Shown here in pieces: positions 27,501-37,120 of a stretch of 62,929 nt of DNA. The DNA is taken from contig CAZFPT010000002.1 of assembly GCA_964521005.1 (NCBI GenBank), positions 1-62,929 of the forward strand, read 5' to 3'. This stretch comes from an uncultured Planctomycetaceae bacterium (GTDB taxonomy: Bacteria; Planctomycetota; Phycisphaerae; SM23-33). The notes beneath the pieces were generated by a model. The model saw only the letters and a program-made list of their open reading frames with translations, did no database searches and was not told where the DNA came from. The first letter of the stretch is position 1; each line of letters begins with the position of its first letter. The position numbers and the translations under genes are program-made.

Positions 27501-27618
27501 CGGGTTGAGCGCAAAAAAAACGCGAGCGGGAAAGGGCCCACTCGCGCCAAGTTGGGCTTTCGATGAAAGCCCCGACCACTTTAGAGAGAATGCAACAGGT
27601 ACATCCGGAAGCTTATCT

Positions 27619-27648
27619 CGGGGCGTTGCCCCGTGGTTTTTGTTTTCC
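27619..27648 (+). terminator. rho-independent terminator downstream of the repeat block
   Basis: CGGGGC-GTT-GCCCCG followed by TGGTTTTTGTTTTCC. Confidence 0.55.
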
Positions 27649-27777
27649 TTCGTTCGATTCCAAGTCGGCCCGACCTGCGAGCCTCACACTCCCTTTCGGA
27701 AATGCCTCGTCGGGAATCCCACATCTTTTCACTTTTTTTGTGAAGTCGCCCCCGTCCCTGCCGACGTCGGGCAAACG

Positions 27778-27807
27778 TTGTCCCGCCTGCAGTAAGGGGC
27801 GTATAAT
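27778..27807 (+). promoter_or_regulatory. sigma70-like promoter (TTGTCC-18-TATAAT) upstream of the YbaK-like gene
   Basis: TTGTCC at 27778-27783, an 18-nt spacer, and a perfect TATAAT at 27802-27807, about 100 nt before the ATG at 27911. Confidence 0.45.
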
Positions 27808-27910
27808 TTATCGGAATGGTCTCGGGACGTGTTGGCCCGGACATGTCATTTTCAATGGGGAAGGTCGTCGGCCGGTGCTTCGAGCCTGTCGGCCGGAAAG
27901 GCAGCGCGCG

Positions 27911-28372
27911 ATGAAACAGATCCAGAACTATCTCAGCGAGAACAACGTAGCCTTCACCGTACACGAGCACGTGCCCGCCTACACCGCCCAGGAGATGGCT
28001 GCCGAGGAACACGTCAGCGGGCGGAAGACCGCCAAACCGGTCATCGTCAAGACGCCCGGCGGCTACGCGATGTGCGTCCTGCCGGCGCATCGGAAGCTGG
28101 ACCTCGCCAAGGCAGCCCACGCCCTCCACGCCAAGCAGGTGGAGCTCGCCAGCGAGCGTGAGCTGGGCGAATTGTTCCCGGATTCCGAGATCGGGGCCGA
28201 GCCGCCCCTCGGTGAGCTCTACCGGATCCGCACGGTTATGGATCGCGAGCTCTCCGATGCCGACGAGGTCGTCTTCCAGGCGGGCACGCACCGTCACAGC
28301 ATCCACATGGACGCGGGCGATTACGTGTCGGTCACGCACCCGGAAGTCTCCGACATTTCGGTGCATGGCTGA
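27911..28372 (+). CDS. YbaK/EbsC-type aminoacyl-tRNA deacylase domain protein
   Basis: A 153-aa protein. MKQIQNYLSENNVAFTVHEH...KTAKPVIVKT...MCVLPAHRKLDL...GAEPPLG is consistent with the YbaK/ProX fold family. The longer ORF from 27563 covers the terminator and promoter and is rejected. Confidence 0.65.
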   Translation: MKQIQNYLSENNVAFTVHEHVPAYTAQEMAAEEHVSGRKTAKPVIVKTPGGYAMCVLPAHRKLDLAKAAHALHAKQVELASERELGELFPDSEIGAEPPLGELYRIRTVMDRELSDADEVVFQAGTHRHSIHMDAGDYVSVTHPEVSDISVHG

Positions 28373-28375
28373 GGG

Positions 28376-28930
28376 TCAGGGCAGCCCCTGGGCCCGGGCG
28401 GCGGCGTCTTCGATGAGCGTCTTGATGCCCTCGGGGTTCGAGAGGTGCTGCCAGATGCTCTCCCGCAGGAGCTCGTCGCGCGAGACCGACTCGATCAGCA
28501 GGCTGCCCACCCCCACCGCGCGCTCGCCCGGCGAGATGCACAGCGAGACGTCGCGGAGGTGAATCAGCGGCACGCCGTGCACTTCGGGGTGAGTCAGTCC
28601 GCGAACCGTCAGCAGGCGCAGGTTCGTCACCAGGTAGAGCTTGCCCGCCCAGGCGATCGACGCCAGCACGAGTCGGATCAGCACGACAATCAGCAGGGCC
28701 GCCGCCAGCGGTCGGTGTCGGCCGTCGGCGTCCATGCCCGTCAGGTGCGTCACCAGCAGAAGCAGCGCCACGCTGCCCCCGCCCAGCACGATCCAGGGCC
28801 AGGAGCTCAGCACGATCGACCACGCGCTGGGGCGGGTGGCCAGGAGGATTTCCTCCCCGTCGCTGAGCAGCTGGGTGGGCAGCGCGTCGGTGACTTCGGC
28901 CAGCGGTGATGCCTGCTCAGCCGGGCTCAT
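28376..28930 (-). CDS. membrane protein with bacterial PH (bPH_2/YdbT-like) domain
   Basis: Two TM helices follow GEEILLATRPS, then LYLVTNLRLLTVRG...HLRDV typical of bPH_2. Its ATG overlaps the hpt stop (ATGA). Confidence 0.6.
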   Translation of the reverse strand: MSPAEQASPLAEVTDALPTQLLSDGEEILLATRPSAWSIVLSSWPWIVLGGGSVALLLLVTHLTGMDADGRHRPLAAALLIVVLIRLVLASIAWAGKLYLVTNLRLLTVRGLTHPEVHGVPLIHLRDVSLCISPGERAVGVGSLLIESVSRDELLRESIWQHLSNPEGIKTLIEDAAARAQGLP

Positions 28931-29493
28931 CGGGGAGTCTCCGCGTGCTGTCGGAGGACGCAGATCTCCGGCACGTTGCGATAGAGGTTGTCGTAGTCCA
29001 ACCCGTAGCCGACGACGAACTCGTCGGGCACGTCGAAACCCACCAGGTCGGGCTCGTGGCGGCGTGTCAGGTCGGGGCGTTGCTTGCGCAGCAGCACGCA
29101 GGTCCGCAGGCTCGCCGGGCCCATCTGCCCGATCTCGTCGGTCATCGCCTCGAGGGTTCTGCCGGTTTCGACGATGTCGTCGACGATCAGCACGTGTCGT
29201 CCTGAAAGATCTGTGCTGAGCGGAAGTTGCCATCGCACTCCCTGGGAGCGGGTGGCGGTTCCGGGATAGGACGAGATCGACACCACGTCCAGGCGCATCT
29301 GCAGGGGAATCTGGCGGATCAGGTCGGCCAGGAAGATCATCGCCCCGGTAAGCACAGCCATGATGGTCAGCTCGCGCCCGGCGTAAAGCCCGGCGATTCG
29401 CTCGCCCAGCTCGCGGTTACGCCGTGCGATCTGGTCGGCCGACACGACGACACGGGCAAGCTGGTCTGGTGGTATGAATGCGGGCTGGGCCAT
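28927..29493 (-). CDS. hpt: hypoxanthine phosphoribosyltransferase
   Basis: PRPP motif VLIVDDIVETGRTL plus FVVGYGLDY. AGGAG lies 8 nt before the ATG at 29493. Confidence 0.9.
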   Translation of the reverse strand: MAQPAFIPPDQLARVVVSADQIARRNRELGERIAGLYAGRELTIMAVLTGAMIFLADLIRQIPLQMRLDVVSISSYPGTATRSQGVRWQLPLSTDLSGRHVLIVDDIVETGRTLEAMTDEIGQMGPASLRTCVLLRKQRPDLTRRHEPDLVGFDVPDEFVVGYGLDYDNLYRNVPEICVLRQHAETPR

Positions 29494-29694
29494 CCGTCGA
29501 ACTCCTGCTAGCATGCTACCGGCCTCAATGGGGCAATGCAATCCCACCTGCGCAGCGTCGCGAGGGAGCTGAGGGTCGAGAAATTTCTCACCCCGGCCGC
29601 AACATCGGGATGCGTAGAGCGTCTAGGATGGGAGTAAACTGTGCTTTGGAGAACTAACGTCCCTCCCATCGGGCGTGTCCTGAGAACTGAACCC

Positions 29695-29723
29695 TTGACA
29701 CCGCGGGCAAAACCGCGGTTAAT
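29695..29723 (+). promoter_or_regulatory. candidate promoter TTGACA-17-GTTAAT with a palindrome in the spacer
   Basis: TTGACA at 29695-29700 and GTTAAT at 29718-29723. The spacer-to--10 region contains ACCGCGG-GCAAAA-CCGCGGT. It lies about 70 nt before the ATG at 29792. Confidence 0.35.
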
Positions 29724-29791
29724 CGAATGTTCCAGGGGGGTCCAAGAGAGCAACCATGTATCGAAAAGACAGATCAGCAAAGGAGAGCACC

Positions 29792-31696
29792 ATGCGTTTG
29801 ACCCGGCTGACAGTTGCCGTCCTGTGTGTCGCACTGGCCAGTACCCTCGCCGTCGCCCAGGTCCCGGGGATCCCCCGCAAGGCGACCGTTCTCAACGAGA
29901 TTCCCTCCGGCGTGATGGGATTCGCCGTCATCAACGATCTGGAAACGACCACGACCAAGGTCGACACGTTCATCCGCCAGATCGGTCTGGGCCAGATGGC
30001 CAACCAGGCCATGCCCGAGGGCATGCTCAAGAAGATCATCGACGAAGCCAAACTCGGCGACGGGTTCACCGGCAAGGGCGACGTGGCGATCGCCATGCTG
30101 AACCCCAAGGACGTCGGGATGGACTTCGGCAAGCTCGTGGAAGAGCGGATGAACATGATGACGGGCGGGGGCGGCGACGGCCAGCAGCCTCCCAAGGAAG
30201 TGCAGCTGCCCTTCGTCGTTTGGCTGCCGGGCAAGAGCATCGAGACGGTCTTCCCGAAGAAGACCTACAACCCCACCAAGAAGGGCGCGTTCACCGAGCT
30301 GACGCTCCCGACGGGCAAAATGCTGGCGATGCAACGGGGCAAGTACGTCATCCTCTCGCCCAACGCCGAGGCGCTGTCGGTGGTCAAGAAGACCCGGGTC
30401 GGCGCGTTGAAGTCTGTTCGCAACGACCATGCCCTGGAGATCCTCCGCTCCGAGATCGGCATTCACATTGACATGAAGGTGACCGGGCCGATTGTCAACG
30501 ACATCATGAAGACCTTCGAGGAGTTCATCAAGAAGCAGAAGGAATCCGGCGGCGGCGGAATGGGAATGATGATGATGATGGGCCCGATGGCCATGATGGA
30601 CAAGATCATGCCCGCCTACCGGGACATGCTCGATCAGGTCAGCGCCGTGACCATCACCGGAAAGTTCGTGCCCACCGGCGTGGTGGTTCGCGAGCTGGCG
30701 ACGTACAAGACCAACTCCGAGTTCGGCCAGATGATCGCCGCCTACAAGCCCACCGACAAGGATCTGCTGGGCAAGCTTCCGGACCATAACTGGGTGCTCG
30801 CCGGTGGCGGCCACAATGTCCCGGGCATCAAGAAGGGCGTCTCGCTCTATCTGGATATGATCGACTCGGCCCTGGCGATGTCGCCGGTGGGCGGACTGGG
30901 CGTGTACCGCGCCAAGCTCGCCAAGCTTACCGAGGACATGACCAAAGAGATCGACACCATGCAGTTCGTCATCGGCGGGGCAGCCCAGGGCAACGGGGTG
31001 TTCGGGATGACCTGCGTGATGGAAGGCGACAGCGCCGAGAAGATCACCGGCGTGATGAAGAGCGGGACCGAGCTGATCGACGAGCTGATCAACAAGAAGT
31101 TCGGCCAGGTGAACCCCAACACCGCCATGCCGAAGATCAGCTACGTCAAGAACAACGCCGAGATCGACGCCGGCAAACTGGACGTGATCGACATCACGCA
31201 TCCGGAGCTGGCGGGCATGTCCGAGCAGGAACGCGGAATGATGAAGAAGGTCCTCGGCGAGGACCGCCTCCGGTTCTACGTCGCCCAGGTCGACAAAAGC
31301 ACGGCCGTGGTGACCATGGGCGGCAGCACGCAGCAGATGGCCGTCTCGCTGAAGTCCGCCAAGGCCAACACCGGCGCGATCATGAACTCCCGCTGGATGA
31401 CCGTTCCCAAGCAGTACCTGCCCAAGAAGCCCGCGGCGGTGATGGTGTTCAACGGGTCGAATCTCTTCGACCTGATCATCTCGGGCATGAAGAAGATCGC
31501 CCCGCAGGAAGAACTGCCCGCCGGGCGAATCTCCTGCCGGACGCCCGTGGCGATGGCCACCGCCCTGGAAGACGACACAGCCGATTCGGTGGTCTACGTG
31601 CCCACCAAGCTCATCAAGGATTCCGTCGTGCTGTTCCTGTCCATGCAGGGCGGGGGCGGCGGAGGCGCCGAACCCATGGGCCCGGGCGGGTTCTAG
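29792..31696 (+). CDS. secreted hypothetical protein with Met-rich and Gly-rich tracts
   Basis: AAAGGAGAG RBS and signal peptide MRLTRLTVAVLCVALASTLAVAQ. Internal GGGGMGMMMMMGPMAMM and C-terminal MQGGGGGGAEPMGPGGF tracts. No family recognised. Confidence 0.6.
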   Translation: MRLTRLTVAVLCVALASTLAVAQVPGIPRKATVLNEIPSGVMGFAVINDLETTTTKVDTFIRQIGLGQMANQAMPEGMLKKIIDEAKLGDGFTGKGDVAIAMLNPKDVGMDFGKLVEERMNMMTGGGGDGQQPPKEVQLPFVVWLPGKSIETVFPKKTYNPTKKGAFTELTLPTGKMLAMQRGKYVILSPNAEALSVVKKTRVGALKSVRNDHALEILRSEIGIHIDMKVTGPIVNDIMKTFEEFIKKQKESGGGGMGMMMMMGPMAMMDKIMPAYRDMLDQVSAVTITGKFVPTGVVVRELATYKTNSEFGQMIAAYKPTDKDLLGKLPDHNWVLAGGGHNVPGIKKGVSLYLDMIDSALAMSPVGGLGVYRAKLAKLTEDMTKEIDTMQFVIGGAAQGNGVFGMTCVMEGDSAEKITGVMKSGTELIDELINKKFGQVNPNTAMPKISYVKNNAEIDAGKLDVIDITHPELAGMSEQERGMMKKVLGEDRLRFYVAQVDKSTAVVTMGGSTQQMAVSLKSAKANTGAIMNSRWMTVPKQYLPKKPAAVMVFNGSNLFDLIISGMKKIAPQEELPAGRISCRTPVAMATALEDDTADSVVYVPTKLIKDSVVLFLSMQGGGGGGAEPMGPGGF

Positions 31697-31722
31697 AAAC
31701 CCGACCAATCGACGCAACAAAC

Positions 31723-31758
31723 AAGGCCGACGACGGAAGCAGTTCCGTCGTCGGCCTT
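31723..31758. terminator. bidirectional terminator between convergent genes
   Basis: Perfect 15-bp stem AAGGCCGACGACGGA / TCCGTCGTCGGCCTT with a 6-nt loop, flanked by AACAAAC upstream and TGTTCTG downstream. Confidence 0.7.
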
Positions 31759-31783
31759 TGTTCTGCGCCGCCCTGCCGGGCGG

Positions 31784-32293
31784 TCAGTGACAGTAGTTGC
31801 GCACGTCGTTTTTCAGGCGTGAGAGGAACCCCTGCAGCAGCTCGGGAGGGATGTCCTCCAACGCCGGTTCGATCGCCTGGCCGGTGATGAAATCGTCCAC
31901 CGCCTTGACGCCCGTGAACTTGTACTCCGCCAGCCGACGGGCGTTGTCCTCCGCCTCTTCCAGGTTGCTGCCGGCCATCGCCTGGCAGTAATTCACCACC
32001 AGGTGGTGAAGGTCCTCGCTGGAGACGTCGCCGCCGGCACCGAGCGGGGCAGCCGGCTCGCCACCGCTCTGGGAGATGAGCTCCTCTTCCTGCTCCAGCA
32101 GGCGTCGCTCTTCCTCGTCGCGGCGTCGCTCCTCTTCCTCGTCGATCGGAGCCAGGGGGATATCCTCATTCACCGACGGATCGGGAATGTAGTTGCTGCC
32201 CTGGCAGTAGGGACACTTGCCGCGCCGCCCGCCCGCTTCGTCCGGCGCCTTGACCTGCTTCCCGCAGTGCTCGCACGTGAACGTAATCGCCAT
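31784..32293 (-). CDS. zinc-ribbon protein with acidic linker and C-terminal helical domain (hypothetical)
   Basis: MAITFTCEHCGKQVKAPDEAGGRRGKCPYCQG carries two CxxC pairs, followed by the EEEERRRDEEERRLLEQEEE linker. AAAGGTGG RBS. Confidence 0.6.
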   Translation of the reverse strand: MAITFTCEHCGKQVKAPDEAGGRRGKCPYCQGSNYIPDPSVNEDIPLAPIDEEEERRRDEEERRLLEQEEELISQSGGEPAAPLGAGGDVSSEDLHHLVVNYCQAMAGSNLEEAEDNARRLAEYKFTGVKAVDDFITGQAIEPALEDIPPELLQGFLSRLKNDVRNYCH

Positions 32294-32331
32294 CGCAGCC
32301 ACCTTTCGCCGCGCCGCATGCCGCCGATGCC

Positions 32332-32748
32332 TCACTCGCCGAGGATTTTCACCAGCAGACGCTTCCGGCGCATCCCATCGAACTCATAGTAGAAGATATG
32401 CTCCCACGGACCCAGGTGCAATGCACCGTCCGTGATCGCCACCACCACCTCGCGACCCATCACCTGCCGCTTCATGTGGGCGTCGGCGTTGTCCTCGTAG
32501 CCGTTGTGGCGGTATTGGCTGTGAGGCTTTTCGGGGGCGAGTTCCTCCAGCCAGACCTCGTAATCGTGGTGCAGCCCGGATTCGTTGTCGTTGATGAACA
32601 CCGAGGCGGTAATGTGCATCGCATTGACCAGCACGAGCCCTTCCTGCACGCCGCTCTCGACGACCAGGCGTTCGACCTCGTCGTGGATGGACACGATCGC
32701 CCGCCGCTGCGGCACGCTCATCCAGAGTTCCTTGGTCAGCGTCTTCAT
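32332..32748 (-). CDS. yjbQ: YjbQ/UPF0047 family protein (secondary thiamine-phosphate synthase-like)
   Basis: A 138-aa protein with [26 protein letters not shown]...[12 protein letters not shown]...[14 protein letters not shown], typical of YjbQ. AAGGAGAG RBS. Confidence 0.85.
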   Translation of the reverse strand: MKTLTKELWMSVPQRRAIVSIHDEVERLVVESGVQEGLVLVNAMHITASVFINDNESGLHHDYEVWLEELAPEKPHSQYRHNGYEDNADAHMKRQVMGREVVVAITDGALHLGPWEHIFYYEFDGMRRKRLLVKILGE

Positions 32749-32848
32749 GGACCTCTCCTTTCGATCGCTCAGCCGGCGTGAGAATCTCGGTATCGCCGGC
32801 CGACCAATATGCTACCATAGCGGCTTTCCCGCTGCACGACGAGAGCCC

Positions 32849-34639
32849 ATGGACGACCTGACCGACACAATCTCCCAACGCCTCCTGCCCTACGTGAACC
32901 AACCCAGCGCGTACGTCGGCCTGGAGATCAACGCGCGCTGCCCCGATCCGCGCGACGCCGAGGTCGCCGTGGCGTTGGCCTTCCCGGACACCTACGCCCT
33001 GGGCGCCAGCCACCTCGGAACCCAGGTGCTCTACCACGCCCTCAACGACCTGCCCGCCGTCGCCTGCGACCGGACCTACTGCCCCAGCCCCGACGCGATC
33101 GGACGCATGCGCGAGGAGGACATCCCGCTGTGGGGATGGGAATCGCGATTGGCCGTCGGAAGTTTCGACGTGGTCGGCTTCGCCCTGCCCTATGAGCTGT
33201 GCGTCACGAACGTCCTGACGATGCTCGAACTGTCGGCCTTGCCGATCCGGTCTGCCGACCGCGACGAGTCGCACCCGATCATCGTTGCCGGCGACGCGTT
33301 GGCGGACACACCCGAGCCGATGGCCCCGTTCATCGACGTGTTTCTTCCCGGCGACGGCGAGACGCCCCTGCGATCGCTCATCGAACTGCTGCGCGACGCG
33401 AAGGCCGACGGCGAACCCTCCCGCGAGGCGCTGCTGCTTCGCATCGCACGGGAGGTCCCCTCTGCCTACGTCCCCCGCTTCTATGAGCCCGCCTGGAACG
33501 ACGACGGCACGCTCGCCGCCCTCACGCCCACCCGCGACGGCGTTCCGGGCACCATCGCCCGGGCCGCGATTGAAAGTTTCGCCGACACCCCGGCAGTCAC
33601 CGCGCCGCTGGTGCCCATCGCCGAGGCCGTCCACGATCGCGTCGCCATCGAGATCATGCGGGGCTGCCCCAACGGCTGCCGGTTCTGCCAGGCCGGCCAC
33701 TGCCGACTGCCCGTTCGCTACCGCGGCGTCGAGGAGATCGTGACCATCGCCCGCGAGGCGCTGGCCAATACCGGCTACGACGAAATCTCGCTGCTGAGCC
33801 TCTCCACCAGCGACTACCCCCACCTCGATACGCTCATCGCCCGCCTCACCGAGGAGTTCGCCGAGCGGGGCGTGGGCATTTCCCTGCCCTCGCTGCGGGT
33901 GGACTCGCAGCTCCAGCACCTGCCGCGTCTGACGTCGGCCGTCCGCAAGGCGGGGCTGACCATCGCCGCCGAAGCGGGCACCGACCGCCTGCGACGCGCC
34001 CTCCGCAAGGGCATCACCGAGCAGGATATGCTCGACGGCGTCCGTGCCGCCTACCAGGCCGGCTGGAACAAGGTGAAGGTCTACTTCATCGCCGGTCTGC
34101 CCGGGGAGACGCCCGAGGACATCGAGCAGATCCACTGGCTCTCTCGCCGCCTGAGCAACACCCGTCGCGACATTGACGGCCAGCGCGGCGCCATCTCCGC
34201 CAGCGTCTCGTGGTTCGTCCCCAAACCCCACACCCCCATGCAGTACGCCCCGATGCAGACCGGCGAGACGTTCTGGGCCATCCGCGAGCAACTCATCGAG
34301 CTGTGCCGCAAGACGCCGGTGAACGTGAAGTTCCACTACATCGAGCAGTCGCTGCTGGAGGGGGTCATCGCCCGAGGCGACCGCCGCGTCGCCGATGCCA
34401 TCGAGACTGCCTGGCGAAAGGGGGCGATGATGGACGCCTGGAAAGAGCACTTCGAGTGGAACCGCTGGCAGGACGCCTTCGCCGAAGCCGGCGTGGACCC
34501 CGCCTTCCATGCCCATCGCGAGATCGGCCTCGACGAGGTCACGCCCTGGGCCCACATTCGCACGCATCGCCCGACGGAGTTCCTCCAGGCCGAGTACGCC
34601 CGCATGCGGGAAACGCTGGCTGAACCCGCCGAGGAATAG
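32849..34639 (+). CDS. radical SAM protein (TIGR03960-like, B12-binding-like N-terminal domain)
   Basis: CPNGCRFCQAG is a CxxxCxxC motif. The length, the N-terminus LLPYVNQPSAYVGLEIN, and GLPGETPEDI are typical of this family. Confidence 0.8.
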   Translation: MDDLTDTISQRLLPYVNQPSAYVGLEINARCPDPRDAEVAVALAFPDTYALGASHLGTQVLYHALNDLPAVACDRTYCPSPDAIGRMREEDIPLWGWESRLAVGSFDVVGFALPYELCVTNVLTMLELSALPIRSADRDESHPIIVAGDALADTPEPMAPFIDVFLPGDGETPLRSLIELLRDAKADGEPSREALLLRIAREVPSAYVPRFYEPAWNDDGTLAALTPTRDGVPGTIARAAIESFADTPAVTAPLVPIAEAVHDRVAIEIMRGCPNGCRFCQAGHCRLPVRYRGVEEIVTIAREALANTGYDEISLLSLSTSDYPHLDTLIARLTEEFAERGVGISLPSLRVDSQLQHLPRLTSAVRKAGLTIAAEAGTDRLRRALRKGITEQDMLDGVRAAYQAGWNKVKVYFIAGLPGETPEDIEQIHWLSRRLSNTRRDIDGQRGAISASVSWFVPKPHTPMQYAPMQTGETFWAIREQLIELCRKTPVNVKFHYIEQSLLEGVIARGDRRVADAIETAWRKGAMMDAWKEHFEWNRWQDAFAEAGVDPAFHAHREIGLDEVTPWAHIRTHRPTEFLQAEYARMRETLAEPAEE

Positions 34640-34642
34640 CGC

Positions 34643-35602
34643 TCACTCCCAGACGATCTCGCCGGCCGGGAAGACCGGGCCATCCGTGCAGCAGAGTTTG
34701 AACGACCAGCCGTGATCGACGCTCTGGTCTTTCGTCTTGCACACGCAGGACTGGCAGGTGCCCATCCCGCAGGCCATGTGGCGTTCGAGCGAGAGGTAGC
34801 ACTCGATTCCGCGGTTCAGGCAGGTCGTGCCGATCGCCCGCATCATCGCCTCGGGCCCGCAGGAGTACACCACCACGTCGTGGGGGTCCTGCCCCGCCAG
34901 CCAGCCCTCGAACGGCTGGGAGATCAGCCCGCCGAATCCCAGCGAGCCGTCGTCGGTCGTCACGACGGCCGGCACGTCCATCGCGGCGAACTCGGCCACG
35001 CACAGGGCGGGCGTGCCCTGCTCGCTGACCGCCACCGACGGTGCCAGCCGTAACGGCAGCAGACTCGCGCTGCGGGCCCCGTTGAACGCCACCACGTTCT
35101 TGCCCGCCTCGGTGAGCGTCCGGGCGAGGTACAGCATGGGCGGGATGCCCACGCCCCCGCCGATCAGCGCTGCGGTTGGCTTGGTATCCGAGATCGGGAA
35201 CGCATTGCCCAACGGGCCCAGCACGCTGAGCGGCTCGCCGGGCTGGGCCCCGCTGAGCCACCTCGTGCCGGTGCCCACGCGGCGGTAGATCAGGTCCAGC
35301 TCGACGCGCCCGCCGCCATGGTCCCGTCGAGAGGCCAGGCTCAAAGGTCGACGCAGCATGGTCTCGTGATCCGTCAGTTCCGGCTGGGTCAGCCTGGGCG
35401 GGCGTCCCTCGGGCCAATCGACCTCCGCAACGCTGGTCTGCTCGCCCACAGGTCGACAGAGCAGCTGCACGAACTGCCCCGCGCGGGTGGCTGGGAATGT
35501 CGCCAGATCCAGGATCAGCCGATAGTGGTCGTCGCAGAGACGCTCATTGGCGAGGATTTCACCCACGAACGACCCGCGCACGGATTGACTCGCTTCACTC
35601 AT
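34643..35602 (-). CDS. PyrK-like FAD/NAD(P)-binding oxidoreductase with C-terminal 2Fe-2S cluster motif
   Basis: RPLSLAS (FAD-binding), GGVGIPPM (NAD-binding), and the C-terminal CGMGTCQSCVC...CCTDGPVF. The start among Met codons at 35602-35674 is uncertain. No pyrD partner is in the window. Confidence 0.75.
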   Translation of the reverse strand: MSEASQSVRGSFVGEILANERLCDDHYRLILDLATFPATRAGQFVQLLCRPVGEQTSVAEVDWPEGRPPRLTQPELTDHETMLRRPLSLASRRDHGGGRVELDLIYRRVGTGTRWLSGAQPGEPLSVLGPLGNAFPISDTKPTAALIGGGVGIPPMLYLARTLTEAGKNVVAFNGARSASLLPLRLAPSVAVSEQGTPALCVAEFAAMDVPAVVTTDDGSLGFGGLISQPFEGWLAGQDPHDVVVYSCGPEAMMRAIGTTCLNRGIECYLSLERHMACGMGTCQSCVCKTKDQSVDHGWSFKLCCTDGPVFPAGEIVWE

Positions 35603-35716
35603 GGCCATCATCCTACGATCCAACACGCGGCAAGACAATCGCTCTTCAGGACGGATGCGAGCCGGGATTGACACTCGCCGCCCGTCGATCTACCATTCGG
35701 CCGAAAGGAGCACCGA

Positions 35717-37120
35717 ATGGCGTCCACCCCAACCCCCCCCGGGTCGAGCAAGTCCTGGCAGGGTCGACTCACCGCAGACACCGACGAGAACACCGCGCGC
35801 TTCGTGGCGAGCCTGGACGTGGACGTCGCGCTGTGGCCTTACGACATCGCCGGGTCGATCGCCCATGCCACCATGCTCCGGGAAGTCGGGCTGATCTCAT
35901 CCGACGAACTCGAAGAAATCACCGCCGCTCTCAACAGCATCGCCGACGACCTCAAAGCCGACCGGCTCGAACTGCCCATCGAGCTGGAAGACATTCACAT
36001 GGCCATCGAGCGGGCGCTGATCGACCGCACCGGGGACGCCGGGCGGAAGCTCCATACCGGCCGAAGTCGGAACGACCAGATCGCCACGGACCTGCGCCTC
36101 TGGGCGCGCGACGCGGTGGACCTGCTGGTCGGTCAGATCCGCGCTCTTCAGCGCGCGTGGGTGGGTTTCGCCGAGCGGGCCGGCCTTGCCGTCATGCCCG
36201 CCTACACGCACCTCCAGCGGGCCCAGCCCATCGTCGCCGGCCATGCCGTGCTGGCGTATGTCGAAATGCTCCAGCGCGACCACGACCGACTCATCGACGC
36301 CCGCAGGCGCATCAACATCTGCCCGCTGGGAAGCGGCGCGGTGGCCGGTACGTCGCTGCCTCTGGACCGCGCGCGGACCGCGGAACTGCTGGGCTTTGAC
36401 GGCGTGGCCGGCAACAGCATCGACGCCACCAGCGACCGGGACTTCCTCGCCGAGCTGCTGTTCGCCTGCGCGACGCTGGCGGGGCACCTCTCGCGATGGG
36501 CCGAGGACTGGATCATCTACTCCTCCACGGAGTTCGGCTTCCTGGAGCTGTCCGACGCGTTCTGCACGTCCAGCTCGATGATGCCCCAGAAGAAAAACGC
36601 CGACACGCTCGAACTCATCCGCGGCAAGAGCGCCACAGCCATCGGGCACCTCACGGGCATGCTCACGCTGCTGAAGGGCCTGCCCCTGGCGTACAACCGC
36701 GACCTGCAGGACGACAAGCGATTCGCCATCCCCGCCGTCGAGGCGATGTCCCAGTCGCTCACCGTAGCCGCCGGCGTAGCCGACAGCACCCAGCTGCGGG
36801 GCGAGCACATCGCCGCTTCGCTGGGCGAGGGTTTCCTGGATGCCACCGCGCTGGCGGAGTACCTCACCGCCCGGGGCGTGCCCTTCCGCACAGCCCACCA
36901 CGTGGTCGGGCAGCTGGTCGCCCAAGCCGAGAGCGACGGAAAAGCACTGGCGCAGCTGCCCCTGGAAACGCTGCAGGCCGCCAGCGACGCCGTCGGCGAG
37001 GATGTCTACGACGCCCTCGGGGCCGAGAACGTCGTGAAACGCTACAAGCCGACCGGCGCGGGCGGAGCCGATCAACTCTCCGAGCAACTGACGCACTGGA
37101 AGCAGGTGCTGGACGGATAA
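35717..37120 (+). CDS. argH: argininosuccinate lyase
   Basis: Fumarate-lyase signature SSMMPQKKNADTLELIRG, plus YTHLQRAQP. Confidence 0.92.
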   Translation: MASTPTPPGSSKSWQGRLTADTDENTARFVASLDVDVALWPYDIAGSIAHATMLREVGLISSDELEEITAALNSIADDLKADRLELPIELEDIHMAIERALIDRTGDAGRKLHTGRSRNDQIATDLRLWARDAVDLLVGQIRALQRAWVGFAERAGLAVMPAYTHLQRAQPIVAGHAVLAYVEMLQRDHDRLIDARRRINICPLGSGAVAGTSLPLDRARTAELLGFDGVAGNSIDATSDRDFLAELLFACATLAGHLSRWAEDWIIYSSTEFGFLELSDAFCTSSSMMPQKKNADTLELIRGKSATAIGHLTGMLTLLKGLPLAYNRDLQDDKRFAIPAVEAMSQSLTVAAGVADSTQLRGEHIAASLGEGFLDATALAEYLTARGVPFRTAHHVVGQLVAQAESDGKALAQLPLETLQAASDAVGEDVYDALGAENVVKRYKPTGAGGADQLSEQLTHWKQVLDG

